Shown: piece after piece, positions 61,224 through 64,000 of the stretch
Position numbering within the stretch: position 1 is the first letter of the stretch
How the letters are laid out: each line of letters opens with the position of its first letter
Assembly (NCBI GenBank): GCA_035221665.1
Contig: CM069174.1
Span: 9,858,001 to 9,922,000, forward strand
Direction of reading: 5' to 3'
DNA from: Okamejei kenojei
Lineage: Eukaryota
DNA: 64,000 bases
The notes under the pieces: generated by a model
Databases searched by the model: none
What the model was told of the DNA's origin: nothing
Seen by the model: only the letters and a program-made list of their open reading frames with translations
Made by a program: the position numbers and the translations under genes

Positions 61224-62879
61224 TGTTGTCAAGAAGGACGTTGCCGCTTGGTGAACTATCCAAGTCATTCTGAGTGGGGAAAGCGCACATTTTAAAACAT
61301 AAAAGCCGGCCTTGCTGTTAAATCTTTTTGTGACTCTGAATTTTAGCCAGGGTATAGAGCAAATCAGATTTACCGATTTCATTCTTGTTTTGTTCAGAAA
61401 AGAAAACTATTAATTGGATTGAAAAGAATCTCTGCTACACTTCAAAAATGTTCAATTAAGTTTCCTCTGGCATTGCAGGAGCGATTCCTTTCTAAAAATC
61501 CTGTATCTTTGACATTGAAAGCAAGTGATTTGGAACATTTATAAGGTAAAATGTCAATTTAGTTGGCATTTAACGTAAATTGGATTCTGGATATCCACTG
61601 CCTTTGTTTGATCCAAAGCAGAGCAGGGTTGAAGCTGGTACCATTTGATAGATGCGCCTGGAGACTATTCTGCATTGATGCTTGGATCTATTGATGATTC
61701 AAATGTGACTGAAGATTCCTGCTGAAGTTTGAAATTCCTCAAATCTTGAAGTAGGGAAAAGAAAACACTTAATTCGGATGAGAAGTTAAATGGAGATCTC
61801 CTCTACCCTCCCAGATATATGTACAAAGTCCCATTGTATGGTCATTTATTTTATTGTTGTTTGTGGGAACTTGTTAAGTCAAAATTGGCTGCAAAATCTA
61901 TTTGCATAACTGCACTTACTGCCTGTGGAATGCTGCGTGCACTGAAGCGAAAGGTGCTAGATAAATGGGTAAGGGATACGTGTCACTTCAGAAGGGCTTA
62001 TTGTGGGCCGAGGGACAGTACTGCTATAGGGTTTTGGAGGGCGGAGGGAACTTTTAATTACCTTTATACAAATGACATTTTCTTTTTGATGCGTTTTCCT
62101 ATTGGCACCACTTGTGAATTTGCTGAAAGGTAACAGCATCAAACTGTTAAATGTAACTATGAAACATCACTGCCTTTGGTGCTCAAGATCACTAAAGCCT
62201 TGAAATGTGGGAGCTGCAGATGAATTGAAAATGAATTCCCTGTCATTTGTACCATACATGGTTTACAGTAGCAGCTGCACATTCACCTCTGCTTCTGAAA
62301 TTCAGTTCCAGTGGACCCAATGCAAGGTGTTTAGCGCTACCAGACAGGGACAAATTTCCTTGCAGTTACGTCATATTCCAAAGGCAACTTGCAACTAATT
62401 TTCTTAATTTTGGACAGCCACAGGGCAAATTTGTAACAAATGTTTATTCAAGGCCAAGATAAACTAATACAATTGCACATTTCTCTCATTTAAAATGTTG
62501 CTGCACGTCTTCCCTTATTTACCCCCATAACTTCCCAACCAGGTATTGTTGCAAGTTAATGCTCAATCTCTGAATTAACTGATTCCTATATGAGAAAGCA
62601 GTGGGAACTGTACAGTTAAGTTACATGTTTCAAATATTGGCACTTGTGAAAACTCTTTCAAAAATCGGCTTTAAGACGTGCAAGAATAATGGTCACTTGG
62701 GTAAGATGGCAGAGTGTAACTCGTTCCTCAGAACCTGTACCTATGGAATGACAGGGGAGGACATTTGCAACATAAAATCCAATGGAACATAGAGCATAGA
62801 GTTCACTGTGGTGGCTTTGATTTGTACTTGAGGTCAGTTGTCATTTAATATTGAATGTAACCAATTGTGAGGCTGTTTT

Positions 62880-63168
62880 AATAAATCATGGTGTGTGCGT
62901 TAGGAGTAATGTCATATCAAAGGTACAGTACTGCTTTGATACCCAGGTCACTTCCATCCAAGCAGTCATTGACTTGTAGAGCTCTGGAATTGTCAAATGT
63001 GGTCTGGAAAGAGCATTAAAATCAATGTTACGGGTAAACACAGGAGACTTATTTTCGGTACGCTGATTGCACCAAGCTGCATTTCCACAAATATGCAAGG
63101 TCAGCAAAAAAGTGGGTCTGCACATTGGAATTGTATAAATTAAGATAATTTATCTTGCTTAAAATAAA
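62880..63168 (+). terminator. Candidate polyadenylation signals
   Basis: AATAAA at 62880-62885 and 63163-63168, each followed by GT-rich sequence. The 61.2-63.2 kb stretch lacks young repeats, as expected for a 3' UTR. Confidence 0.45.
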
Positions 63169-64000
63169 TTGAACATTGAGCTGTATATATGTGTCAAGAC
63201 ACAGTTGAGATAGATTTTGGGTTTCTTTATGAAATATTTAGTTCCTAAGCTGTAATAATTGTAGTTTCTCAGAGTTGGTGGGCTGCACTATCAAACAGCA
63301 TGAGGCTCTTTTGAGTGAGTTTGGGGATACTCTAGTTGAAATTTTTCATACTCTAGATTTGAAGCAACAAATGTTGAATTATATTTTTCTAAGCTTTTTT
63401 GAATTTATTATAATACTCTGACTTGTAGAAATCTCTGCCTTGTAATTGCACTTTTGCACATGTGCAAAGGTATCCCACTATTAATCTAGCATTAAAGACG
63501 CTCGTTGATCTCATTTCACAGTGATAAAGATGATCCTCTTGTACTGCAGTAAATTTAGTTTGTCTCCCCAAGCCAACAATGATTTGCCCTATAACACTGC
63601 AAACCATGGTCATTTTAACCATCGATCCAATAGCCTGTGAATATTGCATTTAGACATGTAAATGTATTAAATTGGGAAGCCTGCTTCATATTTGTATGAA
63701 ATATTTGCTGGCGTTATCAGGATATAGAAGTGTACACAGGATATAGAAGGCAACATGTGGGAGAATGCTACTTTAACACAACCACCATTACCCCCTCCCC
63801 ATCTCTTACGATTCCAGTTTTTATCCTGATTTATTGAACAGAATATTGATTTCCTGAAAAGTGAACAGAGGTTTGAATTTAATTTCCTAAATTTCCTATC
63901 TACCTCCATTGAATTCCAACTCTGTAGTTCTAAACAAAAAAAAACATTCAATATTCACTACTCTAACAATTGCATAGGCACTTCATCTTGTATGTTTAGA

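Noticed and set aside
458-63951. The remaining short ORFs in the six-frame track
   Set aside because: No recognisable domains or splice support; chance frames or LINE fragments.

Overview
Eukaryotic, repeat-dense vertebrate DNA. The repeat complement (V-SINE/HE1-like, Deu-SINE-like, CR1/HER1-like, Penelope-like) suggests a cartilaginous fish, probably a skate or ray; this is an inference. The window holds one apparently complete + strand gene, a polypeptide N-acetylgalactosaminyltransferase most like GALNT6. It has 10 coding exons between 31646 and 61223, all with GT-AG introns, which splice in frame to 1866 nt (621 aa): TM anchor, DAH and WGGEN motifs, ricin-type lectin domain. A candidate promoter and non-coding first exon lie near 5.7-6.4 kb, and candidate poly(A) signals near 62.9-63.2 kb. 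The rest is transposon debris: CR1, Rex1/Babar-like, L1, L2 tails, Penelope, SINEs, Harbinger-like MITEs and one hAT MITE. The most interesting non-genic signal is about 20 short Penelope-derived units carrying a minimal hammerhead-ribozyme core (CTGANGA-A-stemII-GAAACGTH). Several have their own target-site duplications, many are fold-back palindromes, and at least two palindromes carry copies of nearby DNA in their loops. All alignments were done by eye, and repeat boundaries without TSDs are approximate.
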